A stretch of 64,000 bases of DNA from Lepidodermella squamata. Lineage: Eukaryota; Animalia; Gastrotricha. A program made the position numbers and the translations under genes. Each line of letters opens with the position of its first letter. Positions within the stretch are counted from its first letter, which is position 1. Below the pieces are notes generated by a model. It did not search any database, was not told where the DNA came from, and saw nothing but the letters and a program-made list of their open reading frames with translations. Positions 13,004 through 25,323 of the stretch are shown piece after piece. The DNA is taken from contig JBLDXI010000009.1 in NCBI GenBank assembly GCA_047495785.1, forward strand, positions 868,001 through 932,000. Direction: 5' to 3'.

Positions 13004-14022
13004 ATGAATTGTGCCAAGGGCTTTCTTCTATTTTTCAATTGCATATTTTGGGTAAGTAGCTTGATATTCAGGTTTTTCGATTTAATCGCCTCATAATTTT
13101 TTCATGCAGTTGTTGGGTGCTGGCCTTATGGGTGTCGCAGTATGGTTTCTCTTAGACAATAACATATCCGACAAATTAGTCGTCTTGGAGTTTAACCGCA
13201 CGGATCGACTGACGAGTTACGCACTTTATCTTATGGTCGCAACTGGAGGGTGAGTCGATTTAGCGCAGTGTATTATCATGTATATCATTAAATATAATGG
13301 ACAGATTCATGTTCTTGGTTGGATTCTTCGGATGTTGTGGAGCTTTGAGAGAAGACCGCGTTTGGTAAGCCTTGTTGCAATATGAAAACATCGCATCATC
13401 GCTCAATTGAATTTTCAGTCTCGGTCTTTACGTATTTTTCGTGTTCATCGCATTCTTGGCGGAAGTTGCAGCCTTGATATTGGCTGCGCTTCACAGATCA
13501 AAGCTGCGGGAAACCGCACTTTTGCAATGGCGCGATGTTTACAGAAAGAACTACGATCCATTTGGCGATCGGCCATATAATCTCTTTACCCAGGTCAGAT
13601 TTTCATGCACTGTTAATTTTCCTCTTTTAAACAATGAGTTTGCTTGATAGGCTATGAATGGCATTCAGTTTGACCTAACATGCTGCGGCGTTCAAGATTT
13701 CACCGATTTCAAATTAACGGAGGCCTATGTCAAGAACCTGACCGCACCTACAACATGCTGTCGCCAAGATTTAGCAGCCACTCGGTCGGATCCCCGCGCA
13801 CTCAACCAGCGAGTTTGTAACGAAGAAATCCGTCAAGCGATGATGCCGGAGAGTATGACGTACAAGGCGCTTTATCCAAATGGGTGCTTCGACCCGACCA
13901 TCCAATGGCTGCAAAAATACTCGTACATTGTTATGGGCGTGTGCGCAGGCGTTGCCTTTGTGGAAATTTTCGTAATACTTCTCGCGACGTGCCTTTGCAG
14001 GACTATCCGTTACTACAAATGA
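13004..14022 (+). CDS. Tetraspanin
   Basis: Five exons: MNCAKGFLLFFNCIFW|LLGAGLMGVAVWF..|..VGFFGCCGALRE..|..|IQFDLTCCG..PTTCC..GC..; four TM helices, the CCG motif and a final TM ending CLCRTIRYYK*. Confidence 0.95.
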
Positions 14023-15366
14023 AGCGCCGGCCGCATGGCAAAGCCAAAGGCAATAATGTTATGAGTTCTGTCGCTTAACCGTCGCTTATAATATCTTTTC
14101 CACTTGTCTCTTCCGCGTCGGGCAAATAACTTGTTGTTTATAACATCGCTGCGCACAATTGTGCCCTAACTATCTTCCTTTTATTTATTTACTCAGAGCG
14201 AGTTTCTGTTGACGGTTAGTGTACCATTCGATCTGAGCGCGGGCTTCACGAGATATGTTTGGCCTTCGCTGTATTGCTATTGTTTACTTAAGCGCCGTTC
14301 TAGTTCCTTTCGGAACCGCTTTTATGTAATTAATTCTGTTAATGATTACAAAGGCTTCATTTTTGATACGCCGCGGTGTTTCTTGCAACGTGGAGCCATG
14401 TGCTGAACCTGCAGATGCATGTTTGGAAGCTATGCTTTTTTCTCGGTTGAACGTACTTTTCTTCTATAAGTAGACAATGCGGTTGCTGCATTCCGCTGTG
14501 TTTCTTTTACTCGGTAATTATCCTTTTATCAGACATTGCAATTTCTAGATGGACTTGTTTGCGAACGGTGTCAAGATCAAATCCAATTAATTAGATGACC
14601 AGTTGTCATCAGAAAAATCACTTTCGCGAGAACGATTTTTACTCGGCTATTTGCCAACGTTTCATGGTACTTCTCTGTATAAAATGTAAAAGATCTTTTT
14701 ACTTCTCTCTAAAATTTCGCTCATTGAAACTTTCTACTGGTCAGTATTCCGATCGTTACAATCTCTTAAATAATTGCTCCATTCTTATTTATGAATTCTT
14801 AAGAGTCGTTCACTGTCCAACGAATGCAAAGCCTGCAATGCCACATGTGGCAGGGGCGTCAGTTACTGTTTGTATTAGCTATTTCGGCCTGATTGAGTTC
14901 TGCTCCTGTTTATTGTTTTTTTGCGTTTTGCATTTAACTAGTGTGCTGTAATTTTGGTAACGAATAAAATATTTAAATTTACTTATTCGCAGAAAATTTA
15001 ACGCTTCTGAGACTGAGTCTTGAAGAGAAAACAAGTTGTTACATACATTCGATCCAGCATCAAGCATGTAAGGACTGAAAGATCAATGTAGAGAATACCA
15101 AAAAAACATGACAATATCCAAGTGTAAGCTGCGGCTCAGAAGTTTAAATCGGAACTTAAAATTAGAACTGGTCACGACATTTTCGCAGCAAAATGATTTC
15201 CAAAACCAGCAGCGCACTCGGAGCTTTGAATTCAAGTATCTCAACTTGTTTAATAATATCTACCATAGTTTGCGCGTGTGATTACTGGAACGTCCGTAAT
15301 AGGTTGAATACAAGGCTGGCTGCATGCGCATTTTTGGCCGCTACGACACAAAGTTCGAGCTGGTGA

Positions 15367-15625
15367 ATTTTTTTTATTTACCGAGTATTTTCAGCTATAA
15401 TCAAAGATTAAGGCCTAGGGGGTTCATCTGCAATTTAAAAAAGTTGATGTCGGTGTTTTCAGGAAAACATCTGGCGGGAAGGCTATTCCATCTTGCGAAG
15501 ATCTCATTAAGTCGTTGTAGTGGCTCAATCTCTGTACCTGGATTTCGTCGAACAGCACTTTGCCACGGTGTTGACAGACGCACCTGGTATTTGTGACGGG
15601 CTATCGAACCACGAAGCGTTCGATA
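15367..15625 (-). mobile_element. Second, shorter copy of the 3' end of the LINE at 8550-9450
   Basis: Clearly alignable to about 8552-8800 (TTTTTATTTACCGA.TATTT..AGCT.TAATC.AAGATTAAGGCCT.., GATTTCGTCGAAC.GCACTTT, GAACCACGAAGCGTTCG); encodes ..WNSLPARCFPE.. Confidence 0.88.
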
Positions 15626-16239
15626 AAAGAGTAAGATTCTGAGTTGCTCGACATAATATTTGTATTTGTCGCGTTTTTGAATTCCGCGCTACTGGGGCGG
15701 TGAAACTAGTTCAACCGATGCAACCGGTGGTGAATTATCAAATGATCAAATGAATTAGTTTCATTTTCCGTTAGGCGTAAATGTGATGTTAGTATAAAAA
15801 CAAGAAAGCCTTATCCGTGAGGTTTTAGGGGACGACTGACGGCAGGCGATCGGCTTCAGGTAAAATTTGGCTTGTAGTATATGGTATGTATAATATGTTT
15901 GCTTGTAGTACGTATATGTATATATCGTTAGCGATGCGCCAAACAATCACTTTGATGACTCATTCGATCGAACTCTAAAGAGACAAACGTAATGATGAAG
16001 TACGTTCGGCTTTTTTGAGTTCTGATAATCGTAATAATCGTAATTTGCATTTACGTTCGAGGGTCGAATTTACTTTCCATAAAGAAATCTATAAATAGTA
16101 AATAAAAGTGGCTGTTTTGGCGCGTCCCAAACGATATACCTATATTCGATAGTTGCTTTGAGCATTTAAGTCGCTGAATAGCACAGACGATCACCAACAA
16201 TGTTAACGTAAAAGAACTGAAAATTTTATATTCAATCGC

Positions 16240-16340
16240 GGATATAATCATGAAGGCGCCATACAACGCCGAGGTAGATCCTTTGCGGAGATAACTTGGC
16301 TGGCTGGACTTGCCTGGCACCGCAACGTCCATTTAGCTAT
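16240..16340 (+). mobile_element. Small fragment of a LINE related to 9470-10460
   Basis: IIMKAPYNAEVDPLRR*LGWLDL..RNVHLA aligns with TIMNAPQDAPAAPLRKQLGWLDL..RDVHLA at about 10110-10210. Confidence 0.7.
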
Positions 16341-17942
16341 CGCTATGAGCTATCGCGAAATTCTCCCGAAATTCTGTAACACCCTACCCGTCATTTTCTA
16401 TTATTCACAGCATCGAGCAATCGAGATTGTCGATCACGACGGCACTCTGCCAACGAACCTCGATGTTTTCATCGGAACAACAATAACTTGAATCGTTACA
16501 TCGCATCACGAACGAAAATTGTGTTGCTTTCATCCGAATATTTAGAAGTAGTAGGTACCTAGCAGAAATCGTTTAGAAGTAGTAGGTACGAAGCTGCAAT
16601 TTTACCCGCACGTGTATGGAAGAGGAAGAGGACGTGGCCGCGAGGTTTTTGTAGATATCCAGCCAGTGCAATCTTCAGTCAAAGCTGTTGAGACTATAAA
16701 CATCTGGGTCGCAGCCGTTCGGTTACCCAGACCATCCATGTTCAACCTTTAATTGATGTTAGAGTTCGAGGTGACAACCGTCGTGGCCGTCGTGGCTTTC
16801 GTGATTTTCCTGTCAGCGAGGTAGCATTGATAAATTATGGGGTAAAAAATCCAGCTCTCAACAATGGGATTTATGTTCAATAAATACCTAAATAAGTCAA
16901 TCATTTTGAACTCAGCTGAGTCATCTTCGACCACCAAGTCGAGCGGTACGCCGTCTTCCTCCAAGCCCGCAGGCGATCAATAGCATGACTCAATAGCCGG
17001 ATATTTCTCCTTTGCTTCGGATAGCTGATGTGCGGCACACTCGAGAAATGACATTAAGCCCGCGCGACCACCCACTGCGAGGTTCTGCAAGTACCGGTGA
17101 AAGCTTTCAGCGATCCTGACGTAGACCCTCTGCAGGAACCTGCAAATTCTTGCCAGAGTTGCTCGAGTTTCAGCTTCTAATTCGAGGACATAGACATGAT
17201 ATAATACTGATATTATGTCTATGTTCAAGGGGCACATTGCAAATTCGCCACACGTGCGGGTGGGGTACGCGGACCTTCTTGTTTATTTTCCTGTTGCTGT
17301 TGGTACGTTCGCCTTGTACACTCCAAAACAGTCCAAGCCGATTGTAAACCCAAAGTTTTCGAAGTAATCATAAAACTTATAGAACTCGCTGAAATCGGCG
17401 GACCGATTCGTATTTGTACCCGGTTGAGAAGAAAGCCTTTAGGCGAACCTGACGTTATAGAATTGACGTAGGTTTCGAATCCTGAGATTAAACTTCTCTT
17501 TTCTCTTAATTTTCTTGTCAAAATTAAGCATAAGCTTTTAGCAGAAGTGAGAGAAAATGATATGGCGCACTTCAGCACCACTAAACGCAGCCCTTATCGC
17601 AAGGTTTATACCTAAGGTTCATACTCCTGAATGCCAACCCTGACTGAACATTTGATGGGCACGAGAATCGAACCCGAGGCGCCTGCAAACCATTGTTTCG
17701 CCAGAAATACGCAAAATGCTATGTTTATTTTACTTGTGGTGCAAAAATACGAATCCTGCCCAGAAACGAATAGCGCCATTCAAAAGAGCGTGGCCGATTA
17801 TACCCCTCCTGTAGCATCTTTTACTGGAAATTTCGATGTCGCAGGAATTGCAAAGATGCAAAAATACGTTTTTTCAATTTACAGACTTCATTCGATCATT
17901 TGATGTTCTAGCGTATTTGCATAGTATGACAGAGCCTTGCGC

Positions 17943-18060
17943 GACTGCCATCTCGTTTCGGTTTATTAAACCATCTTCAGGGCCCAGCTCCAGGAATTTG
18001 TTGCGTAGGCCCTGATGATGGTTTACAAACAGAAACCGAAACCGAAACCGCCGCGCTGGT
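17943..18060. other. Inverted pair of hammerhead-ribozyme-like cores (Penelope pLTR/retrozyme-like), probably degenerate
   Basis: Plus strand: GGCC-CTGATGA-T-GGTTT-acaaacag-AAACC-GAAAC (18008-18042). Minus strand: GGCC-CTGAAGA-T-GGTTT-aat-AAACC-GAAAC (17984-17955). Stems I and III are poor. Confidence 0.5.
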
Positions 18061-18720
18061 GCCGAAGTTTTTTCTTCTATGTGTTCGCCGAACTTAACCG
18101 ACGTAAGTTTCAAGGGAAGTCGTTGCTTGCTGTTTTATCCGTTCGCTTAACCTAATAGGGGCACTTGATATGTTTGGCTGTTAGCCGCGCCGATCGAACC
18201 AATCAACGCGGTCCCTGCAGCTTCTCTGAGATCGGTGGATCGCAGCGCGAGATTGGGCAACCCAGGTGGGCTTTAACCAATCCTCCTCCGCACAGGCAGC
18301 CTGACCCATCACCAGCATTTGGAATCCCAACTATTCGTTCCATAAGAATTTTCCCTCCATTTTGCGTAGTGGCAACTGGGATTTTCAACGAAATTTTGAA
18401 AATTTCGCAAGAAACAGCAGTTCAGAGTGCTAAATGGAAAAAATATTCTACCTCCAATAATTTGCAGCCTCAAATAACTGTTAGATTAGGCTCGCAATTC
18501 GGATCGAAGTGGTCTCTAAGATAAAACCGTAGATGAATGGATAATCCTCCGTAGAACAACGCAACTCGAACTTTCTTCGCAAAATCTTGTTGACAAAAAG
18601 CGAGATTATACGAGCCTTGCCACTACAGCAAAGAATTTTTAATTCGAACGTCATTTTCAAATCACAAAATAGATCAGAGAATCAACCGGTAGTACGTTTG
18701 GATAAAAATAACAGCAAATA

Positions 18721-20032
18721 CTAATTTGTTACGGGCGGAGCAGAGTCCTGTACAGTTTCTATATCAGGATTAGTCGGGTGAGCGGAGCCAACCAAACGAC
18801 TCGATTTGGTGTTGCCAGCATATGTTGAAACGTAGCAAGCCCGTAATAAAGATTCGTAGTTGACCCAGGCGTGAATTTCGTTGAACCCGGCAGTTGCATC
18901 TGTAAATAACATGAGCATAATATTTTACACATTTTTTATCCGTCAATAAATGTGTTGTTACTCTATTGGTTCAAATGGCGGGAATTGGCCACTGTATGAA
19001 AATATACCCACTTTATTATGAATAAATACGCAAGGCAAGTTGTTATGTGCTGACGTTATAATGGTCCTATGGCTGTCTCAAGATGCTGGTTTTCGCTTAT
19101 GACAATCATGCATTCCTTAAAACAGGGCTTCTCAAGGCCCAACCCGGGCGACTCCAAAATTAAAATTCTCACCAGGCTAGCAAATTTGCTAGCGTTTTTC
19201 AGGGCGGAAAAATTCCGAATATTCTGCGTCCATTCTAGTTTAATGAGTCTAGTCATATGTGACATGCTTTGCTCGTAATCATGCTAGTCATTTATGTTAT
19301 AATGGCTTTACTTTGACTTTCCACGGAAAATTCACGACCCAAGTTGAAAAATTCCTGTTGAATGGCCCCATGCTGGAAATCGACCGAAAAATGGGTCTAG
19401 CACGAGTTTTCCGCTGCCACCTGTCGAATCAAACGCCAAATACCAACATGGCCCTCATTGAAGTACAAGGATCCGTGTACGCTACTACCAACTACCAACG
19501 ACCACGCTATTTAAGGAGGTCGTCACACACTTGTCACGCAATGCGGCTAATTCATGAGCGCACCCTAGTACTCGTTATAGTAGGTTCTATCGGGGGAACT
19601 AACCCAACTCGCATCAACATGAAAGTAACGAGACTTTAGAAAGCATACCTCTCCCAGCGTATTTTATGATTTCTGCCGCACCTCCAGGGTGGAAATCCAA
19701 GTATGGAGTAACATTGAATACTTTGCCTCGCAACGCGATCCTGTACAAGAACATAAATTCAGATATAAAATTTTGGAATCCAAAGCTACCAACCAGCAAT
19801 CTCCTGGGCTGTTGTGGAGGGCCAATTCATCCGAGGAAACTGGATCGTCTTTAATTGGTCTTGAAACTTTAGCCAAGCCTGGATTCTCACGCGATAACTT
19901 GATCCAATCGGCTAAAGAATAGCCCGGCCGTAGAGGAACTTTTACCCTCTTCTTAGGCCCACCTATTTCAGCATACTGGACTTTATCTGGCGCTCCAGGG
20001 GCAAGCAGCTTCGGTATTTCCCTTTCACTCAT
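18721..20032 (-). CDS. Stand-alone cytochrome b5 heme-binding protein similar to the CYB5R4 N-terminus (about 170 aa)
   Basis: RVKVPLRPGYSLADW..ELALHNSPGDCW|IALRGKVFNVTPYLDFHPGG..YAGR|DATAGFNEIHAWVNYESLL; both heme-ligand His are present. Introns 19741-19793 and 18900-19648. Confidence 0.9.
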
Positions 20033-21392
20033 TGATTGAAAAGATCTGTCAAACCTTCAACCAATAAAAAAATATTTCAGCCTAAGAGAATATAGAAGAA
20101 ACAATAAGTCACATTCGCACGAAAGAGATAGTAAGTGTAAAAGGTCCTGTCCTGTTTTTGCTGCCTCATGGAGTTGAGGTGTCTATGTACTAAAATTCAA
20201 AAAAATTATCAAACTAGTCTTCCTGTCGGCTAGTCAAATTTCTCACCAGCAGTCTTTGAGTTTGGAAGCTCAGGAAAGTAGCTTTAATGGATACGAGGAC
20301 GTGATCGAACTCGAGGGTAAATCAGGAAGCATGATGCCCAATAGATATAACGCGTGAAATTGAGATTAATCAAATTAAACGACGTCTATCAAGCCTGACT
20401 TAGAGATGCAAGATTAAATCAGACACGGGCTAGTTTGACGTATTCGTATATTACGACTAAAGGACTGCACTATAGTTGCATGGCCCTTATCCATTAGGGC
20501 GTCCATTACAAGTCTTTACGCGGTGGCAGGCGGCTGCGGTAGAATCCTTATCTAAAGCTCAAAGTCAGATCACACACATCAGCCGCACAGCCACAGACAA
20601 TGAGCTAAAAGACTTCACAACCGGGTTGGACTTGAACGGACGCCAAAACCTAGCAAAGCAAGGCAACTTCTCGTAATTCGCGGTTCTTAAAAAAAACACA
20701 AAAATCTTTGATGACTAACTTTTCATCTGATTGATATATTTGTTATTGCTGAGTCAATTCAATGTGTAGCTAACCTTCACATGGATTCAGAACGCATCAG
20801 CGCGGGCCGGCGCAAACATTTTCTGCTACAGAACCATCTAGATTTTTCCTCTAAGCGTACACCTGTCGAAACCGCCTGTTGGTTATGCTTTCGCCCATCT
20901 TCACATTTCACATTTCACATTTATCATTAATAAATTAGTGCGTCTCTATTATGCATCACTGGCCAAAACCATGCTAATACGCTCTCTAGCTTTTCCGATG
21001 ATCAGCGGCGGGAATGTCTGTGTCCAACTCCCTCAATAATTTCTCCTTCCAGAGCTCCTGTAGAATTAGCTACAAGAGTAACTACCTCTGAGAGTATCAA
21101 CTCATCTTCGTCTAAAACTGTATTACTCCAAGATCTTGAATTTTTTTGATCCCTCACTTCCCATAATACGAGTCGGCGCACCGGACTGTATAAGTCCATT
21201 GTTCCGATTCACGAGGGTAATTTAACTTTCGACGGATTAACTTTGCATCTCGCTTTGATTTAAAACGCGTTTCTATTTTCTGTTGGGAGTAATTGAGACC
21301 GTTCTTAATGATTCTGACTGCTTCTTGTTATCAAAGAAGGCTTTGCGAGTTTATTTGTTAGCTAAAACATTCTATCAATAGATATTGGCGAA

Positions 21393-22773
21393 ATGACCGA
21401 AAAAGTCAAGAGTATTAATAAAGGGCGGTTGGATTATAGCGTCTGGGATCACATCGAGGTATTGCGCTGTGTCTTAGTTGGTTATTTATTTATTCACAGT
21501 AATTTTGCAGGTTTCCGATGACGAAGATGACACTCATCCGAATATCGATACTCCTAGCTTGTTTCGATGGCGCCACCAGGCCCGAGTGGAAAGAATGGAA
21601 CAAGTCAAGCGAGAAAAGGCGGAAATAACAAATCACGTTCAAGAGTAATTTTTATTCATTCAAGTTGTTAATACCGTTCTAATCATTTTTGTCTGTATAT
21701 AGTAATCAGCAGAAATTAGCTGACGTCAAGCGGAAGATTCGCGAACTCGAAGCTGTTAATTCAGCCTCCGAGGAATTAGGAAAACTGAAATTACAAATGG
21801 TGGACTTGCAAAAGCAAGAAGAGGAATGGAGGCGAAAAGAGGAAGAGCTGAAGCAAAAGGAAAGACTTGAACCGTGGAACGTCGACACTATTTGTAAAGA
21901 GGGGAAATCTAAGACGGTCAGGATTCACTTAAAAGGCAATCAGTATTTCTCATTTTTCGTTCGCTGATAGATTCTGAACAAGAGTGCATTGGCGGAGAGC
22001 AAGCCGACATCGGTCAACGAAGATGACAAATTCAAGTCTCATGTAAGGCCTTTGTTCTGCTGTTGTTAGAAATGCACTATAGCTGTGATTTGTTGCAGCA
22101 AACTTTTGTGGAGAAAAATGCTAAATTGCTGAAAGAGTTTGCCATGTTTCGGAAATATGACGACAGTGAGAGATTTCTGTTGGATCATCCGCAATTGGTG
22201 TGTGACGAACTTGCCAGCTGGCTCACCTTATACTGCCTTGATCTTGAGATGGAAGAGAAACACGACCTCGCAGATCATGTTGCTCACCAAACAATCTGCA
22301 TTCAGTTTTTGCTGGAGCTGGCGAATACAATGAAGGTCGATCCTCGCGCGACTATCCGTCCTTTCTTCACTAAAATGCGCTCGGCCGAAGTTCAGTACAT
22401 GTCAGGTTTCAACGATGAGCTAGAGGCCTTTCGTAAACGCATTCGTGCACGCGCTGTTGAAAAACGAGAGGAACTCATTCGTGAGTACGAAGAGGAAGAA
22501 CGCCAGAAGAGGCTTGGTCCGGGAGGACTTGACCCTGTCGAAGTCTTCGAGTCACTGCCCAAGGAACTTCAAGAGTGCTTTGAAAGTAGAGACCTTCAAA
22601 AGCTCCAAGAGATCATTCAGAAGCTGCCGCCTGATGAAGCGAAGTATCATATGAAGCGATGTGTTGATTCGGGCATGTGGGTACCTGCAGCTGATGCTGA
22701 TAAAGACGATTCGGCTCCAGCTGAAACTGCGGGTACGAGTGAGCAATCGGCCTCTGATGCTCCCATTTCGTAA
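21393..22773 (+). CDS. CDC37: Hsp90 co-chaperone Cdc37
   Basis: [10 protein letters not shown]|[65 protein letters not shown]; four short GT-AG introns. Confidence 0.97.
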
Positions 22774-22977
22774 CCGATGGTTGTTTACCTCGATTCCACA
22801 TCTAATTATAAGTCTGTGCGTCTTAAAGACATGACGTTAGTGCTTCGATTCGTTTATGTAACTTGTCAGCATCATTTATTCGACAATTTGCCTGCTTCAG
22901 CACTTTGCATCAAAGCAGCCGAAAACTTCATTCATCGTGTCCGTATGTTATTTTGCGGCTAATATTTTTACTTGTCA

Positions 22978-22983
22978 AATAAA
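22978..22983 (+). terminator. Polyadenylation signal of CDC37
   Basis: AATAAA about 205 nt after the stop codon and 60 nt before the acceptor-like AG upstream of DNAJA. Confidence 0.6.
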
Positions 22984-23065
22984 CATGCTATTCCAGCTAT
23001 TTAAGATCGCATATTTATTGCTCTGAATTATTCACATTATTTAGGCATATTGTATATTAATCATT

Positions 23066-24517
23066 ATGGTTAAAGAAACGGAATACTACGATATATTGAG
23101 CGTTAAGCCCAATGTGACACCTGATGAGCTGAAAAAAGCCTATCGCAAGGCTGCTCTGAAGTACCATCCCGACAAAAATCCTGACGCCGGAGACATGTTC
23201 AAGGTAGGATGCAATGACAATATTCATTTAGGTATATACATAACGGGCACATCTTTCTCTCAGAAAATTTCGCAAGCTTACGAAGTACTAAGTGACCCGA
23301 AGAAACGCGAGATCTATGATCGCGGAGGCGAACAAGCGTTGAAGGAAGGTGGAGCTGGCGGAGATTTTCACAATCCCATGTAAGTTCATGACGATTGGAA
23401 AATTGATAAATGGCACAACTCTGCCGTTGTATATAGGGACATTTTCGAAATGTTTTTCGGAGGAAGCCGCCGGCAACGCGCGGACGACGGGCCTCCCAAA
23501 GGCAAAGACGTGATTCACCAGCTGCCGGTTCGCCTCGAGGAGCTGTACAACGGTGCTAAGCGGAAGCTTAACCTGACAAAGAACATTATCTGCCAATCTT
23601 GCTCGGGCACGGGTGGTAAGAACGTCAAGAAATGCGAAAAGTGTAATGGTACCGGCCGCTGGGTTCAAGTGATGCGTGTCATGCCCGGAATAGTGCAGCA
23701 AATGCAGCAGCCGTGTCCAGATTGCCGAGGATCGGGTGAATTCATGGCACCCAAAGATCGCTGCCAGGACTGCCATGGTGCGAAAGTAGTGAAGGAGAAC
23801 AAAATTTTGACCGTGGAAATCGACAAGGGTATGAAAGATGGTAAGCAAATACGGTTCGGCGAGGAGGGTGACCAGATGCCAGGCATGCGTGCGGGCGACG
23901 TCATTGTGGTCCTCGACGAACAGCCTCATCAGCGCTTCCGACGACGTGGTCACGACCTTGTCATGGAACTCGAAATCAGCCTGAGCGAAGCCCTTTGCGG
24001 CTTCCGCCGGCCAATCGACACATTGGATGGGCGAACGCTAATTATTTCGCGTATGGCCGGTGAAGTGACCAAGCATGGCGAAGTGTTGTGCGTTGTCGGC
24101 GAAGGAATGCCGATATATCGCCAGCCGTTCGAGAAGGGTCGCTTGATCATCTGCTTCAGCGTTCGCTTCCCGCCCGTCAATTTCTTGCCTGCCGATGAGC
24201 TGCGGGCGCTCGAAAAACTCCTGCCACCACCCAAGGTCGAACCAATGCAAACGGACGCAGCCGATGGCGTTGACGACGCCGACGAGCGTCTTATTGAGCC
24301 TTATACAGCCGAACAGCGCCGCCGCCACGGCGGGCCGCGATTCGTGCCGCATCATCACCAACATCAGCACCAGGTATTTACGATTTGCACAATTCCTTAA
24401 GATGATGTATGCTAATGAACTTTTTCGTTGTTTAAGGGTGATGACGATGACGATGACGACGACGATGGACCAATGGGTGGTATGGGTGGACAGCGAGTGC
24501 AATGCGCGAGTCAATAA
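23066..24517 (+). CDS. DNAJA1: Class A J-domain protein (DNAJA1/4-like)
   Basis: [15 protein letters not shown]-domain, G/F region, four CxxCxG zinc-finger repeats, last exon ..[10 protein letters not shown] (CaaX box); three introns. Confidence 0.95.
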
Positions 24518-25323
24518 TCGCTAAGACTTGATCATTCAATCTTGTGTGCGTCTCAATGGTGATATCTAAGACATCTATTAACAAATTCAAAGTCTGCATT
24601 TACTGTATTCAGTTTATTGTCTAGCAGTCGGAATTTTCAAGCGCCTCTCGATCTTGCGCATCCGGCTTGTATTGTAATTCTTCTGCGATCAGCTTTTCTA
24701 GGCTGTCACTTGTGTCATCTTAACGTGTGTGCCATTATGCTGTCTTTTCTGTGTTCGTGTTTAATGCACCTCATCGAATGATTATTCGCAGCCATTCACG
24801 TCGGATATAATTGCCGACACGTATCTGCTTACGTGGCTGGACACGCTCGCTGATTATTTAGATGAAAGTATAAAATAGGCTAACTGTATCAATCGATCGC
24901 CTATGTTTTTATACTCGTATTACGAAAATGTGTTGAAATATAACAATAAAGATGAACGACGAGAGAGCTATAAATTCTTTTCGATTTTAAATGGCTTTGT
25001 TCGGGGAAAAACTCGAGGGCATAACAACTCTCCCTCGTTGAGTCTATGTAGTTTTCGAGGATTCGACAACGGCTGAATTTGTCACCTTGCATTGCTGCTG
25101 GCTCCTTATCGAAATCATAAAGGCCCTCTCGTTTGGGAGAGAATGTCTGCTCAACTTCCAGATAGCGCTGCTATTGATAGTTAACACTTGAAAACTGATT
25201 CAGCTGGGGGATTATCTCGAGGTGATTATTTCCGACAATATTTCCGCGTGTTCCGGCTGCGCGTGACTAATGAAGTACCTAATCAGTTTTGCACATTTAA
25301 ATTTCTATAGAAAATAACATGTA

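Noticed and set aside
17655-17690. tRNA-like GGTTCGATTC on the minus strand
   Set aside because: No acceptor stem, D-arm or anticodon arm; no complete tRNA gene was seen anywhere in the window.
21002-21199. 65-aa minus-strand ORF divergent from CDC37
   Set aside because: No recognisable motif or supporting exons; cannot be distinguished from a chance ORF.
23288-24514. Long antisense ORFs over DNAJA (similar ones lie over WDR70, eIF3c and ATP7)
   Set aside because: Shadow ORFs of GC-richer coding sequence with no independent protein features.
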